Source: Thecamonas trahens ATCC 50062
Lineage: Eukaryota; Protista; Apusomonadida
Length of the DNA: 64,000 bases
Direction: 5' to 3'
Assembly: GCF_000142905.1 (NCBI RefSeq)
Contig: NW_013657663.1
Span: 124,001 to 188,000 of the forward strand
Numbering within the stretch: position 1 is the stretch's first letter; every line of letters starts with the position of its first letter. Positions 34,617 through 45,687 of this stretch are shown one piece after another. The position numbers and the translations under genes are program-made. A model generated the notes under the pieces. It made no database searches. It saw nothing but the letters and a program-made list of their open reading frames with translations, and was not told where the DNA came from.

Positions 34617-37600
34617 ATGCTGCAACCAAGTGACACACTCGGCGACAAGCCGACGGAGGCGAGGGCGGTGCGCCGTGCAGCAGTGGTGGTGCTAGTCATG
34701 ACAGCAAGCATAGTGATGACCGTGAAGGCGGCAGGTGTGGCGGCGTCGCCGCTGAACACGTACAAGGTACCGGGTGCCCTTGCGTGGCAGGTGGCGGTCG
34801 ACGAACAGGTGGCGGTGCTCGGTGGAACGGTGGCGGCGCCCGGTCCAGACTTGATCGCGCTGCCGTGGCTGATGGTGTGTGCGCGAGATGGGACTCAATG
34901 CACCGGCAGCGCCGTGAGTAATGCGACCGAGACGAGCGTACAGATGGCTGGTCTTGCCCTGGTGTCGACCAAGAGTGGGCGGATGGTCGCGCTGGCAATC
35001 ATCGCCACAGCCGGAGGTTCGCAGACCGGATCGGTGACGCTGTGGATGTGCAGCGAGATCAGTGTGGGTCTGGTGCCGGCATGTACCGCGCGCAACGTCT
35101 CGCTCGATAACGGCGTCTCACCGTTTTGGGAAGTCCATGTGGCAAGCGCTGAGGACGAAAGTGTGGTGCATGTGGTGGCTGTCGACGGCAGCAAAGTGGT
35201 GCTCGCGTCGTGCGATGTGGGTGCGAGTGATGCATGCGTCACCACCGTGGTTCAAAACCCGCCACCGGGTGGGCACGTCGAGCCGGTGGGGATGGTGGTT
35301 GCCGACGGATACGTACATGTTGCGATCGAGTGGGTGAGCCAGTCGGTGGCGGTTGAGCTGTGGCTCTTCAGCTGCGGCACAGGTGGCGGGGCGGGAGCCT
35401 GCTCTGGGCGGCTGGTGACGGGCTCGCCCGGTGGCTCGAACACCTTCTCGGCCATGCGCACCATGGCGGTGGATCGTGTCCGTGGAACAGTGACGATGGC
35501 AGTGGTGCCGGACGCGGCGACAAGCCAGTTTGTGGTTTGGCGCTGTGTGTACGGCTCGCCGGTTGGCCATGCGACACGTACACAGTGCAACGGGCAAAGG
35601 AGGTGAGATGGGTTACCATCACTGTCGACGAGGCAACCGGGCATAGCTTTGTCATGGTGGGTGATCTCGGCTACTCGGCGCCGTACCCGCTTGTGTGCGA
35701 CAGTGCGTGGGACCGGTGTGTTGCGACAGTGGCAAACACGGCGGTGCCCGGGTGCAGCTCGTCGATTCGCGAAGGCGCGGCTGTGCTCGCACCAAGCTCG
35801 ACTGGGCTCGCCATGTGCTCACAAACCGGTTCAGTGAGCATGCTGCTCGCAAGCGTGCTCCCGTGCCACATATCGCACGACCTTCCGTTCTCGCTCGCTT
35901 GGATCGCACCTTCGTATGACGTGGATTCACTCGCTTGGCGCGCCTCGGCGATCAGTTGTGCGCCGGGATACACCAAGCCGCCGTCATCGATGACATGCAA
36001 CGCAAGCAGCCAGGCATGGGAGGCGGGACATCTCTGCACTTTTGACGCGGCACTACTGCAGATCAGATCACTCACGCACGAGGTGGCGGCCGGCGAGGTT
36101 GGGCGCTTTGCCGTGGCCGACAGCTCTAAGTTCGGGTTTCACGGGCCTGGGTCGACCACGCCGATGGCTTGGCAGGCAGATGGGTCGCGCGTAGCAAGCA
36201 GCTTCAACTATTCGAGTGTGGATGGGACTGGGGTCTTTGAGGCAAGCTTTGATGTGGGGCAAAAGGCCGGCGTGGACATCGGGTTTGAGCTCGGCGTCGA
36301 CGGCCACAAGCTGGTGGCGGTGAACATGACGGTGGTGGCCAACCTGGACACGTTTGGCGGCGCAGTGAGCCACGACGGCAAGCTACTGGCACCAGCCGGG
36401 TCGCCGCCGACTGTGATCTTTGGCACAACGCTCAACATCAACATTACGCTCAAGGATGCCTACGGCAACCCACTGTGTCCTCATCCAGCGCCGTCGAGGT
36501 GCTCGGCAGTGTTGAACAGGATGGAGATTTCGATGAATGATGTGGTCTTTACGCCACAGCCGGTGCCAGACGGGCCAGATGGGCCTATGCACGGATGGGC
36601 GCAAGTGGCGCTTCCACAGGCAGACACCGAGTATCAGCTTGTGGTGCAGTTCAACGGGGTGCTCGTTCAAGGTGCACCGTTTCCGGTCCAGGCCAGCAGT
36701 CAAGCAATTTGCAAGCCTGGGCAACGTGTGAGTGGGACGAATTGTATCGAGTGCCGCGCGTCGACGTACTCGGAGAGCGATACCGCTGCTGTTTGCACCG
36801 ATTGTGCTCCCGGAAGCGCCGGGCCTGCAGGATCGCCGAGCTGGCGCGAGTGTCTATGCAAGCCGGATTTCTATGTGCTCGGCGAGCGGGAGCGTGGCGA
36901 GCGGTGTGAAGAGTGTCCCGAGGGCGGTGTTTGCCTCGGCAACAGCTCTTGGCCGTATGCAGCGCATGGCTTCTACTCGTCAAGCTCGCCGCGGTATTTT
37001 ATCGAGTGCGGCGAAGACGAGGAAGAGGCCGAGGCGAGGTGTCTTGGGCACGATCTGTGTGGCCAAGAGTACGCTGACCGGCTTTGCAGCGCGTGCCGAG
37101 ACGGTTTCTACCGGGCAGGCGAGGATTGCCATGGGTGCGGACGAGTGTCGGGGCCCGGGGCACTTGCTGGTGGTGGCTTTGTCATTGCCACGTTCCTCTG
37201 TGTCTTGTTCTGGGTCCTGCTCTCGGAGCAGAGCATCGGCCAGGGCGAAGGGCGTGTCCATGGCCAGCTAGCGCGAGCACCGGGGCTGCGTGGACTGATC
37301 CGCTGGGCCGCGCAGTGGGCGATGCTGCTCTGGCGCGAAGCGTTGCTGATGGTGGCAGAGACGGCGGCTGTACTTGCGCTGGTCCTTATAGGGCTAGGCG
37401 AGGCATACGAGCTTGCTGTGCTCTTTGTGGGCCTCAGCGTTGTGGTGGTCTTTCTCGGAGTCCGGCGCGCGGCAGCACACAACGCAGCGGCAGCGGACGG
37501 GCGGCAGGTGTACTCATCCGTGCAGTCGGGTGGGAGTGCCGAGTCGAGCTCGAGCGCCGAGTCCGAGGTCTCGCTCGAGGTTGAGCATGTGGAGGCGGCG

Positions 37601-38557
37601 ATGAAGACGAGCGTCATCTTTCTGCAGACGCTGGCGACGATTAACGAGGCTTTTGACGAGGTCAAGTGGACGTCGTGGGGGCAGCGGCTGCTGCGGGGCG
37701 CGCAGCGAATCAACGTGCAGATCTCCGGGCTCGAATGCTATGGTATTTCGTACGCCGGACAGTTCTACATTCTCCTTGCGCTCGTGCCGTGCATCTGGGC
37801 GGTGGTGTGCGTGGCTGGGCTTGTGACGCGGGTGAGCTCGGCACCGCGACGACTCGGCGAGGGCATGTGGCGGCTGTGCGCAGCAACGGTGTACTTTTTT
37901 GCGTATCCGGTGGCGGAAGCGTGCTTTGCGGTCTTTGCGTGCATACCAGAGCCAATTCCCAACCCTGAAGCCTCTTATCTAGCGGGCGCGCCGTGGATCA
38001 AATGCGGTGGGCATGTGCAGGTGCAACTCGCCGGCGTTGCAGCTGTGGCCCTGGTGGTGCTTATGGCCATCATGGGCGTGATGGGCTGGAGTGTGTGGCA
38101 GCGCGGCGGTGTTGTGCCGTACGGTGCGGTGCGGTTCCTGACTGATGGGCTGGAGCCGGAGCGGTGGTGGTACGAAGGAGCGGTGATGGTGCGGCGGCTT
38201 GCGTTTGCGCTTGTGGCGGCGGTTCTCCCGCGCGGCTCGGTGTTTGTGGCACCAATGCTCCTTGTGCTGCTCCTGGGTGGGATAGTATCGTGTATGGCGT
38301 GGCGGCCGTACGAGAACCGGGCGGCGCTCACGATGGACGTGGCACAGCTTGTGGTCAGTGCGTTTGTGGTGGTGAGCGTGCAGAATTTGCAGGAGACCCG
38401 CGATACGGGTTCGATTGTGGGTATGACGGTATTGCTCACGGCTGCCATTGGTGCCGTGCTCGGATACATGTGTGTCTACGTGGCCCATCCGATTGTGACG
38501 CTGGTCAAGGGCTCGCGGGGCAAGGCTGGTCACAACGCCGGGTACGATTCGCTGTGA
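34617..38557 (+). CDS. ~1310-aa receptor-like protein: signal anchor, beta-rich ectodomain, Sushi-like and Ig/filamin-like segments, Cys-rich repeats, multipass TM domain; frameshift at ~35560
   Basis: Two ORFs join by adding 1 nt. Motifs CAPGY...MTC...W, LKDAYGN, VQGAPFPV, CPEGGVC and YADRLCSACRDGFY, plus a TM region with WWYE..MVRR and RPY. Confidence 0.78.
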
Positions 38558-38692
38558 TGGTCGCAAATGCGTGTGATTGTTCTGGGGAACGATTTGGAGT
38601 GTTCTTGCACGCGAGCCAAGAAAAAGGCAGCACAGAAGCAGAACGGCTTCCTGGCAAGGTAGAGATACAGCAAAGCACGCCAAAGAATAGGA

Positions 38693-39850
38693 ATGAGCTG
38701 TAGTGCAAGTGACCAAGGCAACTCACTGGAGGGTAGTCATCCATCGGGCTCGCCGCACCTGGTGGGACTCGTAGTGACGGGAGGCGATGTCAAGGAGATC
38801 TGCGCCGCACTGGCGCCCGAGGCCGCTCCGTGGGACAAGGACGTGATGAAGGTGCGGCGCGTGCCGACAGGATGGAACAACTGTGTGTTTCTGGTCGAGG
38901 GTAGCGACACACGGTTTGCATTGCGAGTGTCGGCGATGTCTTGGCCGGAGCGGAAGCACGTGCAGGAGCTCAAGTTGCTGCAGGCACTCCCGATGCTGCT
39001 TCCTAGCGTCCGGCTGCCGGTAGTGCGCGGACATGATGTGGAGGGCAAGGCGGTTGCGCAGTGCGAGGTTCGGTCACTGCTGATGGACGCGGTGGACGGC
39101 GAGTGCATGGTGGATGTGTGGGGCGCGATGAGCAATGCGGCGCAAGAACGCGCGCTAGCGCAGATGGTCGCAGTGATCGCGGCGCTGCAGGCCGTGGTCT
39201 TTCCGCGAGCTGGCGCGGTGGATATGACAAGCGATGTGGTGGGTGAGGCCAACATTACACCAGCATTCGATAACGAGTGGATGGGCACGCCGGCGCGGGT
39301 ACAGCAGTACTACGAGGCGCGACTGGAGTACATGTACGAACGCTCGAAGAAGAGCCAGGGGATGGCGGCGATGCACGAGGCGGCGGACGAAGCGTATCGC
39401 GTGGCCAGGGAAGTGCTTGCGAGAGTGGATCTCGACAAAGGATCGCGGATGGTGCTCTCACATGGCGATCTCGCCTTCCGCAACGTGATGGTTGACTGCA
39501 AGACCGGCGAGCTGCAGGCGGTGCTCGATTGGGAGTGGGGCTGCTCGGCGCCGATCGAGGTCGATCTCCTGGACGGCTTTGACGATCTGGAAGACGTGAG
39601 CAAGCAGGCGCGGCGCGAGCTCCTCGACCGTCTTGCACCGCACTTTGAGGCACTTGGTGAGAGCGTGGTCCACTACGGCAACATGCCGAACTTTGCGGTC
39701 CGCGAGGCGCTCTTCGCCGTCTTTGATCAGCTCTCGCCATGGGACATGACAACCGCGAGCGAGAGCGAGCTTCCTGCGATTGCCGACAGGGCACGGGCGG
39801 GGCTCGGTTCTGCTGTGGCACGGCTGCGGGAGGTCGGATTGGGTCAGTAA
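38693..39850 (+). CDS. Aminoglycoside-phosphotransferase / choline-kinase-like protein
   Basis: GWNN loop, ALRV, Brenner motif HGDLAFRNVMV, and LDWE. Confidence 0.85.
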   Translation: MSCSASDQGNSLEGSHPSGSPHLVGLVVTGGDVKEICAALAPEAAPWDKDVMKVRRVPTGWNNCVFLVEGSDTRFALRVSAMSWPERKHVQELKLLQALPMLLPSVRLPVVRGHDVEGKAVAQCEVRSLLMDAVDGECMVDVWGAMSNAAQERALAQMVAVIAALQAVVFPRAGAVDMTSDVVGEANITPAFDNEWMGTPARVQQYYEARLEYMYERSKKSQGMAAMHEAADEAYRVAREVLARVDLDKGSRMVLSHGDLAFRNVMVDCKTGELQAVLDWEWGCSAPIEVDLLDGFDDLEDVSKQARRELLDRLAPHFEALGESVVHYGNMPNFAVREALFAVFDQLSPWDMTTASESELPAIADRARAGLGSAVARLREVGLGQ

Positions 39851-39965
39851 ACGAGCAGCGGGCGGAGGAAGGAGGAGGAGCGGGCGGGCGGGGGCGGTGG
39901 GCGCGCAGCGAGACGGCGGGGCAGCACTCGACTCGGGATTGGACGGGCGGCGAGTTTGTGGTGTG

Positions 39966-41002
39966 ATGCGTGTGGGCCTTGTGGGGAGCATGCGAAAGGG
40001 GACCGGTAACCGAACGACTGCGCTGCGTGTTGCGGCGGCGCTGGCAGGTGTGGGCGAGGTGGTGCTGGTCGACGTGGCGAGCGAGGACGGCGGGGAGTGG
40101 CCGGCGGACGTGCCTGCGCCCGACGTGGCGCTGGGCATCCATGCCTTTCGATCGGCGGAGGTCCTCTCCTCACTCGGCTGTCCATACGCGGTGATCTTTG
40201 GCGGAACGGACGTGAACGAGGCTGAGGTCTTTGCCAAGCATCCGGTCCGTGGGCCGGTGATGCGGGCGGCGCTGGAGGGCGCGCATGCATGCGTTGCCTT
40301 TAGCGAGTCGGTGGTGGCGGCCGGCGAGGCGCTCGGCCTGCCGATGCCCGGGCTAATGGTCATTCCGCCCGAAGTGGGTGTACCGGAGGTGGATGTCGAG
40401 GCGCTAGAGGCTAGCGCTCCGGCGCTGGCGGCGCTGGCGCCGCAGTCGTACGCGCTGCTCCTCGCCTCTTTCCGCAGCGTCAAGGATCCCGGGTTTCTGC
40501 TGAGCGCGTGGCGGCAGGCGTGGAAGAGCGGGCTGACGGGCGGGCTGGAGCTGGTTGTGGTCGGCCCGGTGCTGGATCGCGGTGTGCTGGACGCGGCGAT
40601 GGCTGCGGGGGGTGCCAAGCCGCGTCGTCGCCAGGGGTGCTGGCGACCGGGCCGGGCATTGTGCTCCACGACTGCGTTTCCCACGGCGCGGCGATGGCGC
40701 TCCTTGCGAATGCGCGGGTTCTGCTCAACACCTCGCACTCGGAAGGCCTGGCCAACGCGGTGCTCGAGGCCGCCGCGCTAGGCATCCCGCTTGCGCTGCG
40801 GGCTTCGGCATCGAACACAGCGTACGCCGCAGACCATCCAACCGTGGCGCTCTTCTCCGATCCAAACGAAGCGATTGCGATTGTGGCCGACCTTGCGGGT
40901 CAGCCGAACGAGAGCAGCATGCCAGCTCATGCCGCAAGCGGGGAAAGCAGAGAAGCGCTCGCGTACTGCAGTCTTGTCCGAGGCATAGCTGGCCATGGGT
41001 GA
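39966..41002 (+). CDS. GLT1D1: GT4 glycosyltransferase, GLT1D1-like (~345 aa); frameshift at G6 40607-40612
   Basis: Motifs TGNRTTALRV, IHAFRS, IFGGTDVN and RSVKDP, then LNTSHSEGLANAVLEA in the next frame. Confidence 0.82.
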
Positions 41003-41053
41003 GCGAGTAAAGGACGGGTGGGAAGAGGGAAGACTCGACTGACGTCAGAGAGC

Positions 41054-42053
41054 ATGTACGACGGGGCCGACGCATGGGGGCTGTATCTGGTCTCGCTGCT
41101 GGGCACGGGGGTGTTCTTTGTACTGCTGACACTCTGTGTGGGTACGTGGGGGTTTGTGTGTGTGGGGGGGGGGGGGGGGGGGGGGGAGAGGGGACGGGCA
41201 AGGGGCGTGGAGGGGGAGGAGGGGGCGGCGGAAGCGGTAGGGATGGGGAACTGACGAGTGGATGATGGGCGGGAATGGCGATGGGATTGGGTGGCGATGA
41301 TGGCGGTGGCGGTGGCGGTGCGGGGGGATGGGGGGAATGGGGGGGAATGGGCATGTTGGCCGTACTGCTGGGGACCGGGGACTGGGGCACCGGGAATCGG
41401 GGGACTACGGACTGGCTCGATCGCACTGTTCCTCGATATGGCGGACGATGGACGTGGATGACATGGTGGGACAGCATGCGGGCTGTACTACCTGGCGGAG
41501 CTGGTGGAAGAGTACACGATGCTGACCAAGATGATCATCAGGTGGATCATTGTGGGCGTGGTGGGAGTGCGGGCGTGTGTGGCTTGTTGATGGACTGCCG
41601 CTGCTGCCGACGATGTGGGGTCTGGCAGCGCATGCGGTGTATGCATCAAACCTGGCCACGTTTCCGTTTATCCCGCTGGTGTCAGCCAAGACGGTGGCGT
41701 CGGTGGTGGGACTCGGGCTCGACCACTGGATGTGGTTCCGCTACTTTTCATCGACGTGGTACCCGTTCTCGTTTGTCATCTCGTACTTTGGACTGTGCAT
41801 CTGGCTCGTGCCGTTCCTGTTCTTCATCTCATCGTCGGCCAACGACACGGCGCTGCCGATGCCCGGCGCGTCGGCGGCGATGGGCGGCATCGACCATGGC
41901 GCTGGACGTGGGTCTGGCGTCGCAGCCGGTGCAGCCGGTCTCGCTGCGGCGTCCAAGTCGTGGATCACCACCATTCTGGACGCCATCAACGAGGCTATAC
42001 ACTCGATGACGTCGGGCGGGCCGTCACGAGCGCGCTCGGCGCACTTTGACTGA
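41054..42053 (+). CDS. TEX261: TEX261/Svp26 (Erv26) ER-Golgi cargo adaptor; exons 41054-41141 and 41475-42053; frameshift at ~41575
   Basis: Spliced LTLCVACGLYYLAELVEEYT, then FPFI, HWMWFRYF and CIWLVPFLFFISSSANDTALP. The intron is GTACGT...CAG. Confidence 0.9.
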
Positions 42054-42125
42054 TGATGCTGCGCCCGCGCGGATGGCTCCCGGCTGACGGGGTCAGGCCG
42101 CAGTAAAGACAGCAGCGCCAAACGT

Positions 42126-42509
42126 TTACTCGTCAGACGAATCGTTGCCGCCGGCGGTGGCAGCAGCCGAGAGAAGACCAAAGGCCTCGAGCAGGAAGTA
42201 GTCCTCGTCGACCGAGGTCTCGGCAAACTGAGTGTAGGCGAGCTTGAAGCCCTCAAAGGTGACGCCTGCAGCGTTGATGTAGTCGCCTAGCACGGCGTAC
42301 TCGCCCATGGCCTGCAACGAGAGGTCAACCTGGGACGCCGCGACAGTGCGGCTCACGTCCTGGGTGGCGCAGATGACCTCGAGCATGCCATCGCGCGAGA
42401 GCCGCGCACTGCCGCCGGAAAACGAGTCGAAGATGGCGCGGAGCTTGGCGTCGTCGCCCGGCGTGGCGGGTGTGGGCAGCGGAAGAAACGATGTGGTTTC
42501 GGCAGGCAT
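42126..42509 (-). CDS. Small degenerate EF-hand-like protein (127 aa)
   Basis: LRAIFDSF...RLSRDGML and GVTFEGFKLAY are EF-hand-like helices, but the Ca-binding loop is non-canonical. Confidence 0.55.
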   Translation of the reverse strand: MPAETTSFLPLPTPATPGDDAKLRAIFDSFSGGSARLSRDGMLEVICATQDVSRTVAASQVDLSLQAMGEYAVLGDYINAAGVTFEGFKLAYTQFAETSVDEDYFLLEAFGLLSAAATAGGNDSSDE

Positions 42510-42693
42510 AGCTAGGTCCTGATGTGTGGGAATAGGCGAGGTGAAGAGTTCAATGACAGTATGCGGGCTGTGCACTCTGCGAGTGTGGTGAGCGGAGACG
42601 TGCGGGTTTTCTTGCCGCCGCCAGTGCGCACCCGTTTGCGCCCGTTTGGGGAATTTCTTCGCAGCGGCCCCAAACAGGCGGAGCCGGCCCAGC

Positions 42694-44988
42694 TCAGGCA
42701 AGCCGCCACCAACGGTGCGGCTCGTAGAGAGTGTCGACGTTGACACCGATGCCCAGGTCCCGGAGCTCGTCCATGATGTCGCGGAGCATCCATGGTGGGA
42801 CAAAGGCGCCGCGTCGGGTGAGAATGGCCTTGAGCTTCTTTTTCTCGCTCGTCGCGGGCGGCGGCGGCAGCAGCCGCGTCGGCGGCTGCGGCTTCGCGTT
42901 TCCGCCGCGCTGCCGCTCGCTTGCGAGAGAGCCACTGCTGGTACGCAGCGTCGGCCTGCGGCGAGATCGGCGGTGGAATGCAGCGCGAGCGCCGCGACGA
43001 GGCGGCCGCCGATGCCGGACGCGGCGGAGTGCGCGCGGTCGCTGCTGCCCGTGGCTTGCGGGTCTGCGGCGACTGCGCCCGCGACTTGGCCGGCGCGCGG
43101 CGGGCGCGTCGCTGCGCAATGGGCTCGGCGGTCTTAGGCCGCGACTTGGCTGGTGGCGGCAAAGGGTTCTTCTCTAGCGTCCGCGAGCGGGCGTGAGCCC
43201 GGGCCCGGGCCCGCGATGATGCCACCGACGCCGACTCGGCATTGCGCGAGCGCGAGAGCTCGGACTCGAGCGACTTGACCTGGAGCTCGACCTGCCGCAG
43301 GCGCTCGACTTCTGCCTCTAGCTTGCGGCGCGCCGCCCGCTCGTGCTCCAGCTCCAAAGCAATAGCTTCGAGAGATGAAGCCGCCGGGGTTTCGTCGGCC
43401 GACGACGGCTCGTCGGCGTCGGCAGACATGACATCCTCGCTGCAGTCAGAGGTGCCCGATGCTGATGATGTCGACTCGGATTCAAAGTCGTCGTCGAGAC
43501 TAGGTCGTGGCGAGGATCTGGGTGAGGAGTGGGCGGAGGGCGTGGGTGATGGTTGGGCGGAGGGCGTGGGTGATGGTTGAGCGGAGGGCGTGGGTGATGG
43601 TTGGGCGGAGGAGGTGGGTGATGGTTGGGCGGAGGGCGTGGGTGATGGTTGGGCGGAGGAGGTGGGTGATGGTTGGGCGGAGGGCGTGGGTGATGGTTGG
43701 GCGGAGGATGTGGGTGATGGTTGGGCGGAGGGCGTGGGTGATGGTTGGGCGGAGGAGGTGGGTGATGGTTGGGCGGAGGAGGTGGGTGATGGTTGGGCGG
43801 AGGAGGTGGGTGATGGTTGGGCGGAGGAGGTGGGTGATGGTTGGGCGGAGGAGGTGGGTGATGGTTGGGCGGAGGGCGTGGGTGATGGTTGGGCGGAGGA
43901 TGTGGGTGATGGTTGGGCGGAGGAGGTGAAAGATGGTTGGGCGGAGGGCGTGGGTGATGGTTGGGCGGAGGAGGTGGGTGATGGCTGCGCAGACGACGCA
44001 GGCGAGGGCTGAGCAGACGGCAATGGGCCCAAGCCCGGCCCGGCCGCAGACGATGCGGTCGAGGCGGCTTCGACCGCAACTGCTCCAGAGCCGCTGTCTT
44101 GCACCTCTGCAGACGCCGCAGTGGCAGACCCTGCGTCCGAAGCTGACGACGGATCACTGGGGGCAGGCACCGAGCTGGTGCTGGTGCTGGTGCTGGTGCT
44201 CGAGCTGGCACTGTCATTGCTGTCGCTGGAACTCACACTGGCGACCGATATCGAGTGGGAAAACGCCACCGACGAGGCCGAGTCGCTGCCCGCCGCTGGC
44301 GAGCCCGAGAGCGAGCCCTCGGTCTCAGAGAGAGCATCAAAGTCGTCGGTCGGCGCCTCGGCAAGCGCGGCCTTGAGCTCGTCGGCCGGTGCGTCCTTGG
44401 GCGCAGCCACCGCGGTACCTGTTGCCGGCGACGACCACTCCTTCGCCACATTGTCGTACACCAGGCCGTCTTCCGCTTCGACTGGTGCCCCGAGGGCCGA
44501 GAGAAACTCGGCATCGTCGTCGTCGGCCACCGCATTGAACGCCGACGTCGCCTGCAGTGACTGCTCCGGCGCCGGTGCGCCGCTTTTCCGCCAGCGTCCT
44601 CGAGCGGATACGCCACCCGATGTCCAGCTTCCAGCCCCACCGTGTCCGAGACCAGCAGCCATACAGTGCCCGCCTGGCGTCGTGCGGCATCAGCATCGGC
44701 ATCAGCATCGGCATCGGCATCGGAATCAGCAGCGGCAGCGGGAGCAGCAGCGGCAGCTTCGGGCCAGGCGGCCAGGTTGTCGTCATCCGGCACGATGCGG
44801 TCGACGTGTGTACCCGCCGCATTGAGCCTGTACAGCACCAGGGCCGCCCAGTCCGAGTCGAGCGGCAGGCCGAGGCGCTTGCCCAGCATGCCGACCTTGT
44901 TGTCGGCCACCGAGTCCTCCACGTCCAGCCGCACCTTGTCCACCACCTCGCGCCGCCCGCCGACCTGTACACGCACACGCACACGCAT
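42694..44988 (-). CDS. Uncharacterised ~760-aa protein: globular N-terminus, S/P/T repeat stalk, coiled coil, AYQQWL..K motif; two frameshifts (~44585, ~42841)
   Basis: Three overlapping ORFs with coding-like codon usage join at A4 and A5 runs. The AYQQWLSRK segment resembles motifs in CCDC34/CCDC181/MAP9-type proteins. Confidence 0.6.
43530..43990 (-). repeat. 24-bp coding minisatellite, about 19 copies (SAQPSPTS/P)
   Basis: tgggcggag(gag/ggc)gtgggtgatggt is repeated in tandem on the + strand. Confidence 0.95.
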
Positions 44989-45120
44989 ACCTCCAGGTCC
45001 TTGTCTTCACTCTCGGGGGTGGGGTGGGGTGGGGTGAGGTACCGTGCGATGGCCCCGCGGTACGCTGGCCGGCCTCACAGCTGGGTGGCCGGCTCGGCTG
45101 CCGCCTGGATCGGCCCGTGG

Positions 45121-45625
45121 CGAGCGGCCGGTGGCGAGCGGCTGGTGGCGGGCGGGCAATGGGCGATGGGCGGCGGGCGATGGGCGGCTGGTGCCGGGCG
45201 GGCAATGGGCGATGGGTGGCTGGTGCTGGGCGGGCAATGGGCGATGGGTGGCTGGTGCCGGGCGGGCAATGGGCGGGCAATGGGCGATGGGCGGGTGATG
45301 GGCGGCTGGTGCCGGGCGGGACATGGGCGATGGGTGGCTGGTGGCGGGCGGGCAATGGGCGATGGGCGGGCGATGGGCGGCTGGTGCCGGGCGGACAATG
45401 GGCGGGCAATGGGCGATGGGCGGCGGGCGATGGGCGGCTGGTGGCGGGCGGGCAATGGGCGATGGGTGGCTGGTGCCGGGCGGGCAATGGGCGATGGGTG
45501 GCTGGTGCCGGGCGGGCAATGGGCGATGGGCGGGCGATGGGCGGCTGGTGCCGGGCGGGCAATGGGCGATGGGCGGGCGATGGGCGGCTGGTGCCGGGCG
45601 GGACATGGGCGGCCGGTGGGTGGGC
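45121..45625 (+). repeat. Non-coding G-rich modular minisatellite, about 12 units of 32-43 bp
   Basis: Core gggcgggcaatgggcgatggg(c/t)ggctggtgcc with an optional gggcgggcgat insert. It lies between divergent starts at 44988 and 45688. Confidence 0.9.
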
Positions 45626-45687
45626 GTGCTGGGACGACAGTAGGACACTCCTCCCGCGCAACATCAACACACCCAACCGGACAGAGG

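Noticed and set aside
38693-39850. Antibiotic-resistance gene
   Set aside because: The APH/ChoK fold is widespread in eukaryotes, and nothing indicates aminoglycoside specificity.
27810-41002. Horizontally acquired island or bacterial contamination
   Set aside because: The Cys-rich and TM modules are eukaryote-like, GLT1D1 and the spliced TEX261 share the same composition, and no mobile-element ends are present. Regional skew explains the codon shift better.
43530-45625. Tandem arrays as CRISPR-like loci
   Set aside because: There are no unique spacers and no cas genes, and the context is eukaryotic. They are ordinary minisatellites.
44557-45687. N-terminal two-thirds of the 662-aa ORF and the other ORFs across the G-rich repeat
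   Set aside because: They are open only because the repeat lacks stops and part is antisense to another gene. The SAM domain starts right after ATG 45688.
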